A stretch of 64,000 bases of DNA from the UHGV virus genome UHGV-1384413; one strand, 5' to 3'. Shown here one piece after another: positions 18,791 through 27,149 of this stretch. The translations under genes and the position numbers were made by a program. The notes under the pieces are model-generated. The model had not been told where the DNA came from. It saw only the letters and a program-made list of their open reading frames with translations, and did no database searches. This stretch comes from a virus. Numbering within the stretch: the stretch's first letter is position 1; every line of letters starts with the position of its first letter.

Positions 18791-19111
18791 TTATTTTTCT
18801 GGGTTTGGCAGATATTGCACATTGGCAGGAGGAACACCGGATAGCTCCCAAACAACCATAGTGCTGTACCCTGGCACACTTCTAACATTTAAAAGAGTAG
18901 GAGCACCAACACATTTAAACTTCCTTTTCCCAAATCCGTTCTCCATCATAACCCAGTATCCGGTATCCTGATCACCGGGAATTTGTGTTCCATCATCGTC
19001 CACCCAGCGGACGGTCCATTTCGATACAGCAACGGCTCGGTATTTAAACTTTTTAAACCACTCAAACAGTTTCATCTTCAGCCTCGCTTGGCAGCCCTTC
19101 CATTTTGACAT
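18791..19111 (-). CDS. hypothetical protein (start may be internal ATG at 19075)
   Basis: ORF-track ORF overlapping upstream gene by 50 nt. Confidence 0.45.
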   Translation of the reverse strand: MSKWKGCQARLKMKLFEWFKKFKYRAVAVSKWTVRWVDDDGTQIPGDQDTGYWVMMENGFGKRKFKCVGAPTLLNVRSVPGYSTMVVWELSGVPPANVQYLPNPEK

Positions 19112-19259
19112 ACCGGAAAGTGTTGCCGTAATAGTTGATCCATGACATCAGCTCACTTTCTTGCTCTTCCTCTGGGATGGACTCTCTAACGCTGACAAGT
19201 TTTAAGAAAACCCAATCACAATCCACCCCCATCCTACCAGACAGACAATAGTGCTTCAT
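19062..19259 (-). CDS. hypothetical protein (65 aa)
   Basis: ORF-track ORF. Confidence 0.45.
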   Translation of the reverse strand: MKHYCLSGRMGVDCDWVFLKLVSVRESIPEEEQESELMSWINYYGNTFRYVKMEGLPSEAEDETV

Positions 19260-19277
19260 AAAACCCTCCCGCCTGGT

Positions 19278-19472
19278 TTAGAATATTGCTTCTTCCATTG
19301 CACCTGAGAGCAACAAAGAGGTAATCTGGCTAACATTCATCTCAGACTCCACTTCCTCTCCTTTGAAAGGTTCGCGGCAGAATAGGACTGTTTCAGGATT
19401 TTTACTTCGAACAATATAATACAAATCATTCAAAGTGTTGTAGTAATAAGTGTTAAAATGTAAGTTTTTCAT
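19278..19472 (-). CDS. hypothetical protein (64 aa)
   Basis: ORF-track ORF. Confidence 0.45.
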   Translation of the reverse strand: MKNLHFNTYYYNTLNDLYYIVRSKNPETVLFCREPFKGEEVESEMNVSQITSLLLSGAMEEAIF

Positions 19473-19756
19473 TTTCTAGTCCCCTTTTTAGATTTTTGTG
19501 CAGAAACGCTTTCTGCAATACGAGACAGGCGTTCTTCTGAAGCTTTACCTACCCCAGGTTTCTTGAGCGGGTTATCTTTATGACCGCAATCCAATTGGAT
19601 GCTAGATACATCCCCAACCTTGTAAGTCAATTCTAGCAAAAGGTTGTCGTCCTTGTCAAATGTTTTTACGATAAATTTTTTATCGTCCTCCTTAACTTCA
19701 TATCTAGTACCTGCAGTATACAGCATGGTGCCATCAGCGTAGGATATCCAGATCAT
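19469..19756 (-). CDS. hypothetical protein (95 aa)
   Basis: ORF in coupled array. Confidence 0.5.
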   Translation of the reverse strand: MIWISYADGTMLYTAGTRYEVKEDDKKFIVKTFDKDDNLLLELTYKVGDVSSIQLDCGHKDNPLKKPGVGKASEERLSRIAESVSAQKSKKGTRK

Positions 19757-20100
19757 TGCACCTCCTTCTGCTGCAACAGCATCAACTCTTTGTTGGAAAT
19801 CTTTACTGCTGTCTTTATTGTCCCATCTTCACGGAACCACGACCAGAATTCTACAGTATCACCACTATCAAGCAAGGCATGACCATGGTAAAAATCTTTG
19901 TCCTTAGACAGTTTCTCATCTATATCTGCATCGACACATTCGTGATCCATAGCATTCTGCCTGAATGCATCGGTTATGCCAATGCACGCCTTACTCTCAA
20001 GGCTGGTATACCCAATATCTTTTAATTCAGTTTCCCAAGTCCAGTATCCTACAAAAGCTACAACAGCCACCCACATTAATATAGATTTAATCTTTGACAT
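19753..20100 (-). CDS. membrane-anchored protein (N-terminal TM)
   Basis: Hydrophobic N-terminus SILMWVAVVAFVGYWTW. Confidence 0.5.
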   Translation of the reverse strand: MSKIKSILMWVAVVAFVGYWTWETELKDIGYTSLESKACIGITDAFRQNAMDHECVDADIDEKLSKDKDFYHGHALLDSGDTVEFWSWFREDGTIKTAVKISNKELMLLQQKEVQ

Positions 20101-20160
20101 TCTCTCTACCTCTTTCTTAGTTTATTTAGTTATGGCACATCCTTTGTGCCATAATGCACA

Positions 20161-20622
20161 TTACTTAAACAACAGTTCAAAATAGTGCAAAATTAACAGA
20201 AGTTGAATTACGCCTAGCACAACTGCAAGTATGTTGATCTTAGAATCAAAAAACTTCTTAACTTTTACCCTAAAAGGCTCCTTAATGTCCTTTACGATCC
20301 TATTTATAGATGATTTCATATCCCTGATTACCATCCTAAACATTAGAGACGGATCTTCCTTCTCTGTAACGGAATCGAAAACATACTCTCTTCGGTCATA
20401 AGGACCTCCAGATCTGCGTATTAACCTCTCCACAGATACCTCGTACGACACACCTGTAACGTAATCATCTATGACAAGTAGTGACGGGTCTTTATCGTCC
20501 AAAGGTATCAAAGTTATCTTTCCAGATTTTGTTAAAATTTCTCCTTTTTCAAGCAGTGTGTACCAATGCTCTCTACCAAGGTTGTTGAGGCACGTTTTTA
20601 CATATTTAACAAACATCGTCAC
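20161..20622 (-). CDS. hypothetical protein with C-terminal hydrophobic segment (153 aa)
   Basis: ORF-track ORF. Confidence 0.5.
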   Translation of the reverse strand: MTMFVKYVKTCLNNLGREHWYTLLEKGEILTKSGKITLIPLDDKDPSLLVIDDYVTGVSYEVSVERLIRRSGGPYDRREYVFDSVTEKEDPSLMFRMVIRDMKSSINRIVKDIKEPFRVKVKKFFDSKINILAVVLGVIQLLLILHYFELLFK

Positions 20623-20822
20623 CCCTCATCGCACGTCTGATATAGCCATTCTATGAAATCTTGATACCACTCTCCCTCTGAGCGCTCCGTAGGCCAATAA
20701 TCTTCCCCCTCTCTTGCATTAAAATCTGAGTATTCAACTTTCCACTCCTTTACCAGCTCGTGGAGAAGGTTTTCAGCCTGTTCTAAGGATTTATTTTTTG
20801 TCATTACTGTCCCCTTTTTCAA
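20619..20822 (-). CDS. hypothetical protein (67 aa)
   Basis: ORF in coupled array. Confidence 0.45.
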   Translation of the reverse strand: MKKGTVMTKNKSLEQAENLLHELVKEWKVEYSDFNAREGEDYWPTERSEGEWYQDFIEWLYQTCDEG

Positions 20823-21039
20823 GATAATTATACATCAGCGCCGCGCCACCTAAAATGGCTACCAGCAGTAATACCCCAGAGAGCATTTCAATAAACATGG
20901 CTTGAAACATTAGAAGGCCCCCTAATTTCACGCACCATTTTAAATACATATTCTTTTCCCATAAAGGTGCCCGGCTAAGATCTGCGTAGAATGCAATCTC
21001 TTTAAGAACAGTATAAACAGTTTTAGGTGCGGTATCCAT
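20791..21039 (-). CDS. membrane protein (82 aa)
   Basis: Internal ATG at 21039 preceded by AAGGAGAG; hydrophobic C-terminal half. Confidence 0.5.
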   Translation of the reverse strand: MDTAPKTVYTVLKEIAFYADLSRAPLWEKNMYLKWCVKLGGLLMFQAMFIEMLSGVLLLVAILGGAALMYNYLEKGDSNDKK

Positions 21040-21259
21040 CCCTACTCTCCTTTTTCCCCTTACGGATATTCTTGTGGTAATCAACTAGGCACATTATTAC
21101 GATGAAGATAACAACAGGCCAAAAGGGCGCAGCAGTGATGATGGTGATAAAATCATCAAACTTCACCCTTCGTGTAGACACGATGCATATACCTGCCAAG
21201 ATTACTGCTGTTAGAACAGCTACTACCAGGTAACCTATCAGCACAGCATCTATACTCAT
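21023..21259 (-). CDS. membrane protein (78 aa)
   Basis: Two hydrophobic segments. Confidence 0.5.
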   Translation of the reverse strand: MSIDAVLIGYLVVAVLTAVILAGICIVSTRRVKFDDFITIITAAPFWPVVIFIVIMCLVDYHKNIRKGKKESRDGYRT

Positions 21260-21277
21260 TGGCTCCTCCTTTGTAGG

Positions 21278-21823
21278 TTAAATTGTACACTGCAGGTGGT
21301 TGCCGAGGGTGTCAAGAAAATTATCCCGTTCTTTCTCAGAGTTTTCATGGGTGTAGCTGAAAAACATATCTAGAATAACCTTATTGATATATTCCAGCTC
21401 CTCTGTGTTCAGGTACTTAGCAGGATCTACAATGACATCCCAAATATCATACAAACCGCACTCATGATACCCCCAACGCCGCTCAATTGTCAAACTGAGC
21501 GGCAAATCTTTACCATCACAAACAACCTTCCATCTGCAGATGTTGGTATCTGGACGTACCTGTGTACGGTATACCTGTACAAAATCCAATTTGAATTGGA
21601 GGTACTCGTCATACAATTTAAGTACAAAACTCTCGATTTGTGGAGATACTTTTGCAGCAAACTGTGCGTATTTGTACTTGCACTGGATGATCTTTCTGCG
21701 TTTTGCAGTTAAATTTTTTGCAGCCAGTTGTTCTTCAGTGTACCTCCACCTACGATCAACAAACGCAACAGGGTCTTTGTCCCCATAGAGGTCTTCCCAG
21801 TTAATCAGAAGCATACCTGCCAC
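21278..21823 (-). CDS. hypothetical protein (181 aa)
   Basis: ORF-track ORF. Confidence 0.55.
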   Translation of the reverse strand: MAGMLLINWEDLYGDKDPVAFVDRRWRYTEEQLAAKNLTAKRRKIIQCKYKYAQFAAKVSPQIESFVLKLYDEYLQFKLDFVQVYRTQVRPDTNICRWKVVCDGKDLPLSLTIERRWGYHECGLYDIWDVIVDPAKYLNTEELEYINKVILDMFFSYTHENSEKERDNFLDTLGNHLQCTI

Positions 21824-22053
21824 TCCTCCACAACTTCAAGGCCTTTGCCGCCTCGTTCTGGTAGATTACTTAAAGACAGGTAATACGTATAGTCAGGAGA
21901 GATCCTGCCAGACTCTGCACCTGCAGCTAGTAAATCTTTTCCCTTAACCATGACAACATTATCGTTTGCAGATAGCCGTTTTGCTTCCACAATTTTACCA
22001 ACGCAGTCAACCAAGGAAGGGTACCCTAAATCTGTAAGAAATTTAACTTTCAT
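21805..22053 (-). CDS. hypothetical protein, paralog family B
   Basis: MKVK start and KDLLAAGA block. Confidence 0.55.
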   Translation of the reverse strand: MKVKFLTDLGYPSLVDCVGKIVEAKRLSANDNVVMVKGKDLLAAGAESGRISPDYTYYLSLSNLPERGGKGLEVVEEWQVCF

Positions 22054-22092
22054 GCTACCTCCTGCTTTTACCGTCCCTGGTAAGATAAATTA

Positions 22093-22491
22093 TTACTGAA
22101 CAGATCGCGGAGCTGGGAAGGATAACTCTTCTAAAGAGAAGATTTCATTTCCCACAATCCATGTTGCCGGATCATCCGGGTTGACTGGATAGATAATCAT
22201 CACCTCGTCCGTGTTACATACTCGCTTTTTACCTGTGGAGTTATCAGCAACTAGCATGCGAGGCTCTTCAGAGATACACAAGTATCCACCACGTCCAACT
22301 GTCCCTTCTACAGGATCCTGGCCTTTTATCACGATGAATATCTTCTCTCCTGAGGTGATATTACCTTGCACACTCACCGTTTGACCAACCTTGGATGTGC
22401 CAATCTTAGTGACTTCGAACATTACATCACGGATAACTGTTGCATAGTTACCAGAGACTTTCTTACCTTCTTCAGTAATCTCAATCTTCAT
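22093..22491 (-). CDS. hypothetical protein (132 aa)
   Basis: ORF-track ORF. Confidence 0.5.
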   Translation of the reverse strand: MKIEITEEGKKVSGNYATVIRDVMFEVTKIGTSKVGQTVSVQGNITSGEKIFIVIKGQDPVEGTVGRGGYLCISEEPRMLVADNSTGKKRVCNTDEVMIIYPVNPDDPATWIVGNEIFSLEELSFPAPRSVQ

Positions 22492-22760
22492 AATCTAGGC
22501 TCCTTAAATGAATCTATATAGTCAATTAAATCCCAAGCATCCCTATGACCTGTCAGAGGGTATACTTCTCCAAGAGGGATCATAGCAATAAGCCTATCAA
22601 AAACCCAGTCTGGACGCAACATTTTATGATGATATTCCCACTCACCTTCCACAGATTTTTTCTGAGTGATCAGAATCTCTGTGTAGTGTTTTGCCTGTCT
22701 TGAGTAAATTGAAAATGACTTATACATAGATGACCCCCTCTTGTTGAAAACAAAATACAC
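22488..22760 (-). CDS. hypothetical protein (90 aa)
   Basis: ORF in coupled array. Confidence 0.5.
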   Translation of the reverse strand: MYFVFNKRGSSMYKSFSIYSRQAKHYTEILITQKKSVEGEWEYHHKMLRPDWVFDRLIAMIPLGEVYPLTGHRDAWDLIDYIDSFKEPRL

Positions 22761-22762
22761 TA

Positions 22763-23047
22763 CTACCAGGTCACTGTCAAGTAGGCAACTGTGTTATTTT
22801 TCTCCGGGGAGATGCCAACAACATCCACCTGCAGACCTCCTGCCCTCAAATCCCCAACGATGTGTGGGAAGTAGTCTGAGAGGTGTGATGGAAGATTTAT
22901 CGAAAATCCGCATCCCAGAAAGCCTGCTAACGCCTTATTTTGTATCTCCCCTACAATCGCATCATAAATGGAGTTAAGCTCGTCAGGGAGAGTTACAGGA
23001 CGTTTTAGCGCTAACTGGTGCAACTTGTCCTTAGCACTCATTTTCAT
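22763..23047 (-). CDS. hypothetical protein (94 aa)
   Basis: ATG at 23047 overlaps upstream stop (ATGA) and follows GGAGG. Confidence 0.5.
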   Translation of the reverse strand: MKMSAKDKLHQLALKRPVTLPDELNSIYDAIVGEIQNKALAGFLGCGFSINLPSHLSDYFPHIVGDLRAGGLQVDVVGISPEKNNTVAYLTVTW

Positions 23048-23577
23048 TTCAAGTCTGCCTCCGGAGGTGCCAACCACATAAATGGTGGTAGGTCTAAACG
23101 GTTCTTCTTGTCCCACACAAAATATGCATATGCTTGCCCGTCAGTTCTGCCATTCGATTGGAATGATGGACGCTTAGATATTGTGATCACAGTGGTAGGG
23201 GCATTATCAAGCCACCATTCAAATCTGGCCTTGCTTTCCAGAAAATTAAGACGCAAAAGCATAATAACTACGTCGGCATCTTTCAACGCCTTGTCCACAA
23301 ACTCACGAGCCAGGCTGTACGGCGGGTTGGTGATAATACAGTCAACATGGTTGTATTCTGTATTCAGATAGTCAACACCTTCTTGGATTTCTCCCCATGC
23401 AGATCCTAACGGCATACGGGAGTAGAACACACCTGAGGCGCTATTCCTGCAAGGCTCCAAATAGGTCCAATCTTCTGGGAACGGAATGAGGTCATACAAC
23501 CCTTCTGCACACCACTCTGGTGTCACATATTCATCATAGGCGTTACGTTGTTCGTCAGGTTTTCTAGCACAAGTCAT
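23044..23577 (-). CDS. DNA N6-adenine methyltransferase-like (small Dam-like)
   Basis: DCIITNPPYSLA catalytic motif IV (NPPY). Confidence 0.55.
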   Translation of the reverse strand: MTCARKPDEQRNAYDEYVTPEWCAEGLYDLIPFPEDWTYLEPCRNSASGVFYSRMPLGSAWGEIQEGVDYLNTEYNHVDCIITNPPYSLAREFVDKALKDADVVIMLLRLNFLESKARFEWWLDNAPTTVITISKRPSFQSNGRTDGQAYAYFVWDKKNRLDLPPFMWLAPPEADLK

Positions 23578-23595
23578 GCAAATCTCCAGATCATA

Positions 23596-23622
23596 AAAGC
23601 CCTCCGAAGAGGGCTTTAAGAT
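23596..23622 (-). terminator. rho-independent terminator
   Basis: AAGCCCTC-TTCGGA-GAGGGCTT hairpin followed by TTTATGAT on minus strand. Confidence 0.65.
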
Positions 23623-23628
23623 TAATGT

Positions 23629-24678
23629 TTAAGCTTCTTCGATAATTCCTGCGCCCAGGATTTTTTCATTGAGCTCTTTTGCTGTTTTAATAATATTGTC
23701 CACCAGACGCTTGCGGGTCTTATCTTTAACCTGAACTTCTTCACCTCCGTTCAGGGTGGTTTTCAATTGGGACAAAATGTCCTGAAGCTCTACCACAGAG
23801 AATCGCTGCAGATCTTCCGAGGTAATCTCACTCAGTGCAATCTTAACGGTCTCACCACTCTCCATCTGCAGATTCAGGAACACAGTGTGAACATCACCTT
23901 TCATACCATTTGCTTTTGCAGACTCAACAGCGTGAACCAGCTCGTCCAGAGATGTGCATTGGTGAATCTCTGGCAGGCCTGCTTCGCCTAGCACACCTTC
24001 TTCATCACTTTTTGCCAAAAGCTTTTTCGGTTTCTGCCCATTCTGAATGCGCTGAATGTTTTCATCGTCCAGAATGATAGCACCAGTTCGAGCTGCCAGC
24101 TCTTCTCCATCCAACCACACTTCTCCACCAGCCGTGATGGATGCGATCTCATCTTCTGTCAGAACCCCACCGTAGTATTTTTCGATCAGGCGTTCAAAAC
24201 GTTTCTTCCAGTAGTTGACCTGAGTATTCATGTTCACACCGTTGCCATAGGTGCCACCTTGATAGTAGTGGAACATAAACTCTGTGTCCGGAGCCACAGT
24301 TCGTTCTTTGCAACCCAGCCATAAGATTGTTCCTGCTGAGCAGCACATCCCTTCAGCGTGTACAACAACGCTTGCCTGAGACTCGCGGAATGCCTGCAAA
24401 TACGCCATGGCAATGTGGACGCAACCACCAGGGCTGTTAACAATTACACGGATACTTTCTTCCGGCTGTGCCATACGAATTGTTTGCAAACGGGACATAT
24501 GATCCTGCAAATCATCAAGATCGTCAATATAAAGCACGTGGTCAACAACTGGCGTTGGGTAGCTGTATGTTTCCATAATACCACCAGGCATACCAAACAT
24601 TTTATTACTCATCGGTTCGAAGCCGTTCTGTTTTTCTTTCATGCCGTGTACCATGGTGCTGCGAGGTGTTAAATTCAT
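23629..24678 (-). CDS. ClpP-family (S14) serine protease-like protein with about 150-aa C-terminal extension
   Basis: VNSPGGCVHIAMAY, MCCSAGT (Ser) and MFHYY (His) blocks parallel ClpP catalytic motifs; ATG with AAGGA RBS. Confidence 0.65.
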   Translation of the reverse strand: MNLTPRSTMVHGMKEKQNGFEPMSNKMFGMPGGIMETYSYPTPVVDHVLYIDDLDDLQDHMSRLQTIRMAQPEESIRVIVNSPGGCVHIAMAYLQAFRESQASVVVHAEGMCCSAGTILWLGCKERTVAPDTEFMFHYYQGGTYGNGVNMNTQVNYWKKRFERLIEKYYGGVLTEDEIASITAGGEVWLDGEELAARTGAIILDDENIQRIQNGQKPKKLLAKSDEEGVLGEAGLPEIHQCTSLDELVHAVESAKANGMKGDVHTVFLNLQMESGETVKIALSEITSEDLQRFSVVELQDILSQLKTTLNGGEEVQVKDKTRKRLVDNIIKTAKELNEKILGAGIIEEA

Positions 24679-24738
24679 GTGAGGTCCTTAATGTTGGAAA
24701 GTTAAAAGCGATCTATTTAAACCTGATTCTCATTTACT

Positions 24739-25050
24739 TTATTTAGCAATTACCATGGAATACTTACAATTGTCAGAAGCATCACAGGTCAACGATTGCC
24801 AGTCTACCACATACCACGTGTCATTGTCAACAATTACTTTATCCCCTGTTCTGTAAAATGTGTTGCTTTCAATAACACGGGACTCAGTGAAGAATCGGTG
24901 TCTTCGCTCACGTAGTAGCGCCAAGTTGATTATGTTACCACCGCTGTCCTTAATCCACACATTCTTGTATCCTTTGTTTGCCAAAATTGTCTCACCGTTA
25001 TAGACAAATAGGCAGTATATCTTATTCAGTCTCTCTTGTATTGTAGCCAT
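24739..25050 (-). CDS. hypothetical protein (103 aa)
   Basis: ORF-track ORF. Confidence 0.5.
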   Translation of the reverse strand: MATIQERLNKIYCLFVYNGETILANKGYKNVWIKDSGGNIINLALLRERRHRFFTESRVIESNTFYRTGDKVIVDNDTWYVVDWQSLTCDASDNCKYSMVIAK

Positions 25051-25149
25051 ACTGTCATTCTCCTTGTTTTGTTCGATAATACCTAAAACTTATCTGTTTG
25101 TCAATAATTGTTTTAGATATTTAAGGGTGGAATAACCACCCTTTTTGTA

Positions 25150-25938
25150 TTACTCGGAAACAGGCGTCCAAATATGATTTGCACGATCCTTAATAAGATT
25201 GAGTGCAATCTGACGACCCAACCCGGAACGAACGACATCATCTGGGCTATCAAAGCTAATCATCCCAACCTCAGGATCTGGATGACGAGTAAAGAAATCC
25301 GTTACCCATGCAAGCCCAGACTTACCAGGGATGTCACGTTGGCTATTATCACCCATGATTACAAGTGTGGCCTGATCAGAGATCCTTGTGATAATTGACA
25401 ACATCTCTTCAGGGTTAGTTTGCTGTGCCTCGTCAATTAGGACAAAGCATCGCTCATCGAAACTACGACCACGAATGCTTTCAACTTCACAGATCTCGAT
25501 ACGACTGTTCTGACCATCTCCCAGCATTGCGGCAAAAGCACCTTTGCCAACACGACGACAAATCGTGTCCATCATGCTTCGGAGATAGGGCCACAGTTTC
25601 TGCATTGCGTTTCCAGGTTTAAACCCTGAAGTCTTTCCTGTCTGAACGTAAGGGCGTGCAACAATGATCTTATCAATCTCGTTCTTACGCAAAAGATCAC
25701 CTGCATATGCGGATGCCATGAATGTCTTACCGGATCCAAACACACCGTTTACAATAATAATCTTACGCGATCCTAGATAATCAAGATACTTTTGCTGCTT
25801 TTTGTTCATTGGTCTGAGAGCTGGAGCTGTGTGCTCTCGTTCGTCAGCAAATTTCTCAGCAGCCTTACGCAGACGATCAGATTTGCGAGCCTCTTTGGCT
25901 TCATCACGCATGCGTTTTGTTTCTTTAGCTCGACCCAT
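25150..25938 (-). CDS. phoH: PhoH-family ATPase
   Basis: Walker A GVFGSGKTF and PhoH-like length; ATG with AAGGAG RBS. Confidence 0.8.
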   Translation of the reverse strand: MGRAKETKRMRDEAKEARKSDRLRKAAEKFADEREHTAPALRPMNKKQQKYLDYLGSRKIIIVNGVFGSGKTFMASAYAGDLLRKNEIDKIIVARPYVQTGKTSGFKPGNAMQKLWPYLRSMMDTICRRVGKGAFAAMLGDGQNSRIEICEVESIRGRSFDERCFVLIDEAQQTNPEEMLSIITRISDQATLVIMGDNSQRDIPGKSGLAWVTDFFTRHPDPEVGMISFDSPDDVVRSGLGRQIALNLIKDRANHIWTPVSE

Positions 25939-25976
25939 GTTGGGACTCCTTTCAGATTGAGATGTGTCAAGAACTT

Positions 25977-26327
25977 CTACTGCAACAGTTTTTCAATAGC
26001 CGCTTCCATGCTGCTTGCAACAGCCTGAACTCGGATATTCATCTCTTCTTGGCGGATCAGCTCCTTAAGCTCTTTAACGGTGAATTCTTTGGAGAAACCT
26101 TCCACCATAATCTTGTGCAAGGCTTCTTGCGTGTCTACTTGCAAGAACTTTTCCAGTTTGTTGGCAGAGGCCTCTAAATCGGCCCGAATACGTGGGTCAT
26201 CTGTTCGGTTCAGCATTAGGCGTAAGCCATCAAGATTGGTAGAAATAGCGTCTGCATGTTGAGTAACCAACCGTGGCAAAATGAGATCTACAAACTTACT
26301 GGCTAAATCAATACGCTCTTGTGTCAC
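25977..26327 (-). CDS. hypothetical protein (GTG start)
   Basis: ORF-track ORF; start codon GTG overlapping upstream stop. Confidence 0.45.
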   Translation of the reverse strand: MTQERIDLASKFVDLILPRLVTQHADAISTNLDGLRLMLNRTDDPRIRADLEASANKLEKFLQVDTQEALHKIMVEGFSKEFTVKELKELIRQEEMNIRVQAVASSMEAAIEKLLQ

Positions 26328-26437
26328 TGTTGCACCCCCTCTTCATCTCCATGATATTTCTTTTCACGCTTGTGTTTTTTCTTAAGCTCAAGCGCAATCT
26401 CTTTCTTGTACGCCTTCTTCAAGGCTTTTTTAGCCAT
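26324..26437 (-). CDS. small lysine-rich protein (37 aa)
   Basis: ATG with GAGGAGG RBS; below ORF-track cutoff. Confidence 0.35.
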   Translation of the reverse strand: MAKKALKKAYKKEIALELKKKHKREKKYHGDEEGVQQ

Positions 26438-26499
26438 TTGGCACCTCCTCTGCTTTCATTACGATAATTATAACCAACTTACCAAAGCTTTGTCAACGA

Positions 26500-26973
26500 T
26501 TAGTCAACCTGAACCCAACCGCCTGCTACCTTTTTAAACATTCTTTGGTTATCGCTGCCTCGGAATGGTTTCTTTGTTGGTAAATCTTTTACATACTTGC
26601 CATCAATGATGATATCAGCCAGCTCAAGAACATCACTAGAGATATGCTCAAATGTGAACCCAGTATACACAAGAATAGTTTTCTTGTCACCAAACTTTTC
26701 CTTAATTCTCCTCATAAGTTTAATAATACCGGGCTCATTATACGTAGCCAAAGGCTCTCCACCAAGCAAAGAAATACCGCATATAGATTCATTGTCTAAA
26801 TCTGACAAAATTCTCTGCAAATCTTCTTCGGTGAATTCTCTTCCCTTATCTTTTGACCAAAATGCTTGATTAAAGCAACCAGGACAAGCGTGTGGGCACC
26901 CAGATACCCACAAGGCCGTCCTGAGACCTGGCCCTTCGGTGTAGGATATTTCTGTGTATCCGACAATATTCAT
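26500..26973 (-). CDS. nrdG: anaerobic ribonucleotide reductase activating protein (radical SAM)
   Basis: CPHACPGC cysteine cluster near N-terminus; adjacent to nrdD. Confidence 0.8.
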   Translation of the reverse strand: MNIVGYTEISYTEGPGLRTALWVSGCPHACPGCFNQAFWSKDKGREFTEEDLQRILSDLDNESICGISLLGGEPLATYNEPGIIKLMRRIKEKFGDKKTILVYTGFTFEHISSDVLELADIIIDGKYVKDLPTKKPFRGSDNQRMFKKVAGGWVQVD

Positions 26974-27086
26974 AAGTACTCCGCATCACATTTAGGACAA
27001 TGCCAAATAAAATCGTCCAGTGCCTTGCACCAACGAAGATTGCAATGACAACCACACTTGCAAATTTTATAAATACCTGACGACAT
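26970..27086 (-). CDS. small cysteine-rich (zinc-ribbon-like) protein, 38 aa
   Basis: MSSGIYKICKCGCHCNLRWCKALDDFIWHCPKCDAEYL; GGAGG RBS; stop overlaps nrdG start. Confidence 0.45.
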   Translation of the reverse strand: MSSGIYKICKCGCHCNLRWCKALDDFIWHCPKCDAEYL

Positions 27087-27149
27087 ACTGCACCTCCTAG
27101 TTTACTGTGTAACAACAATATGCCACATCCTTGTGGCTTTTGTCAAGTA

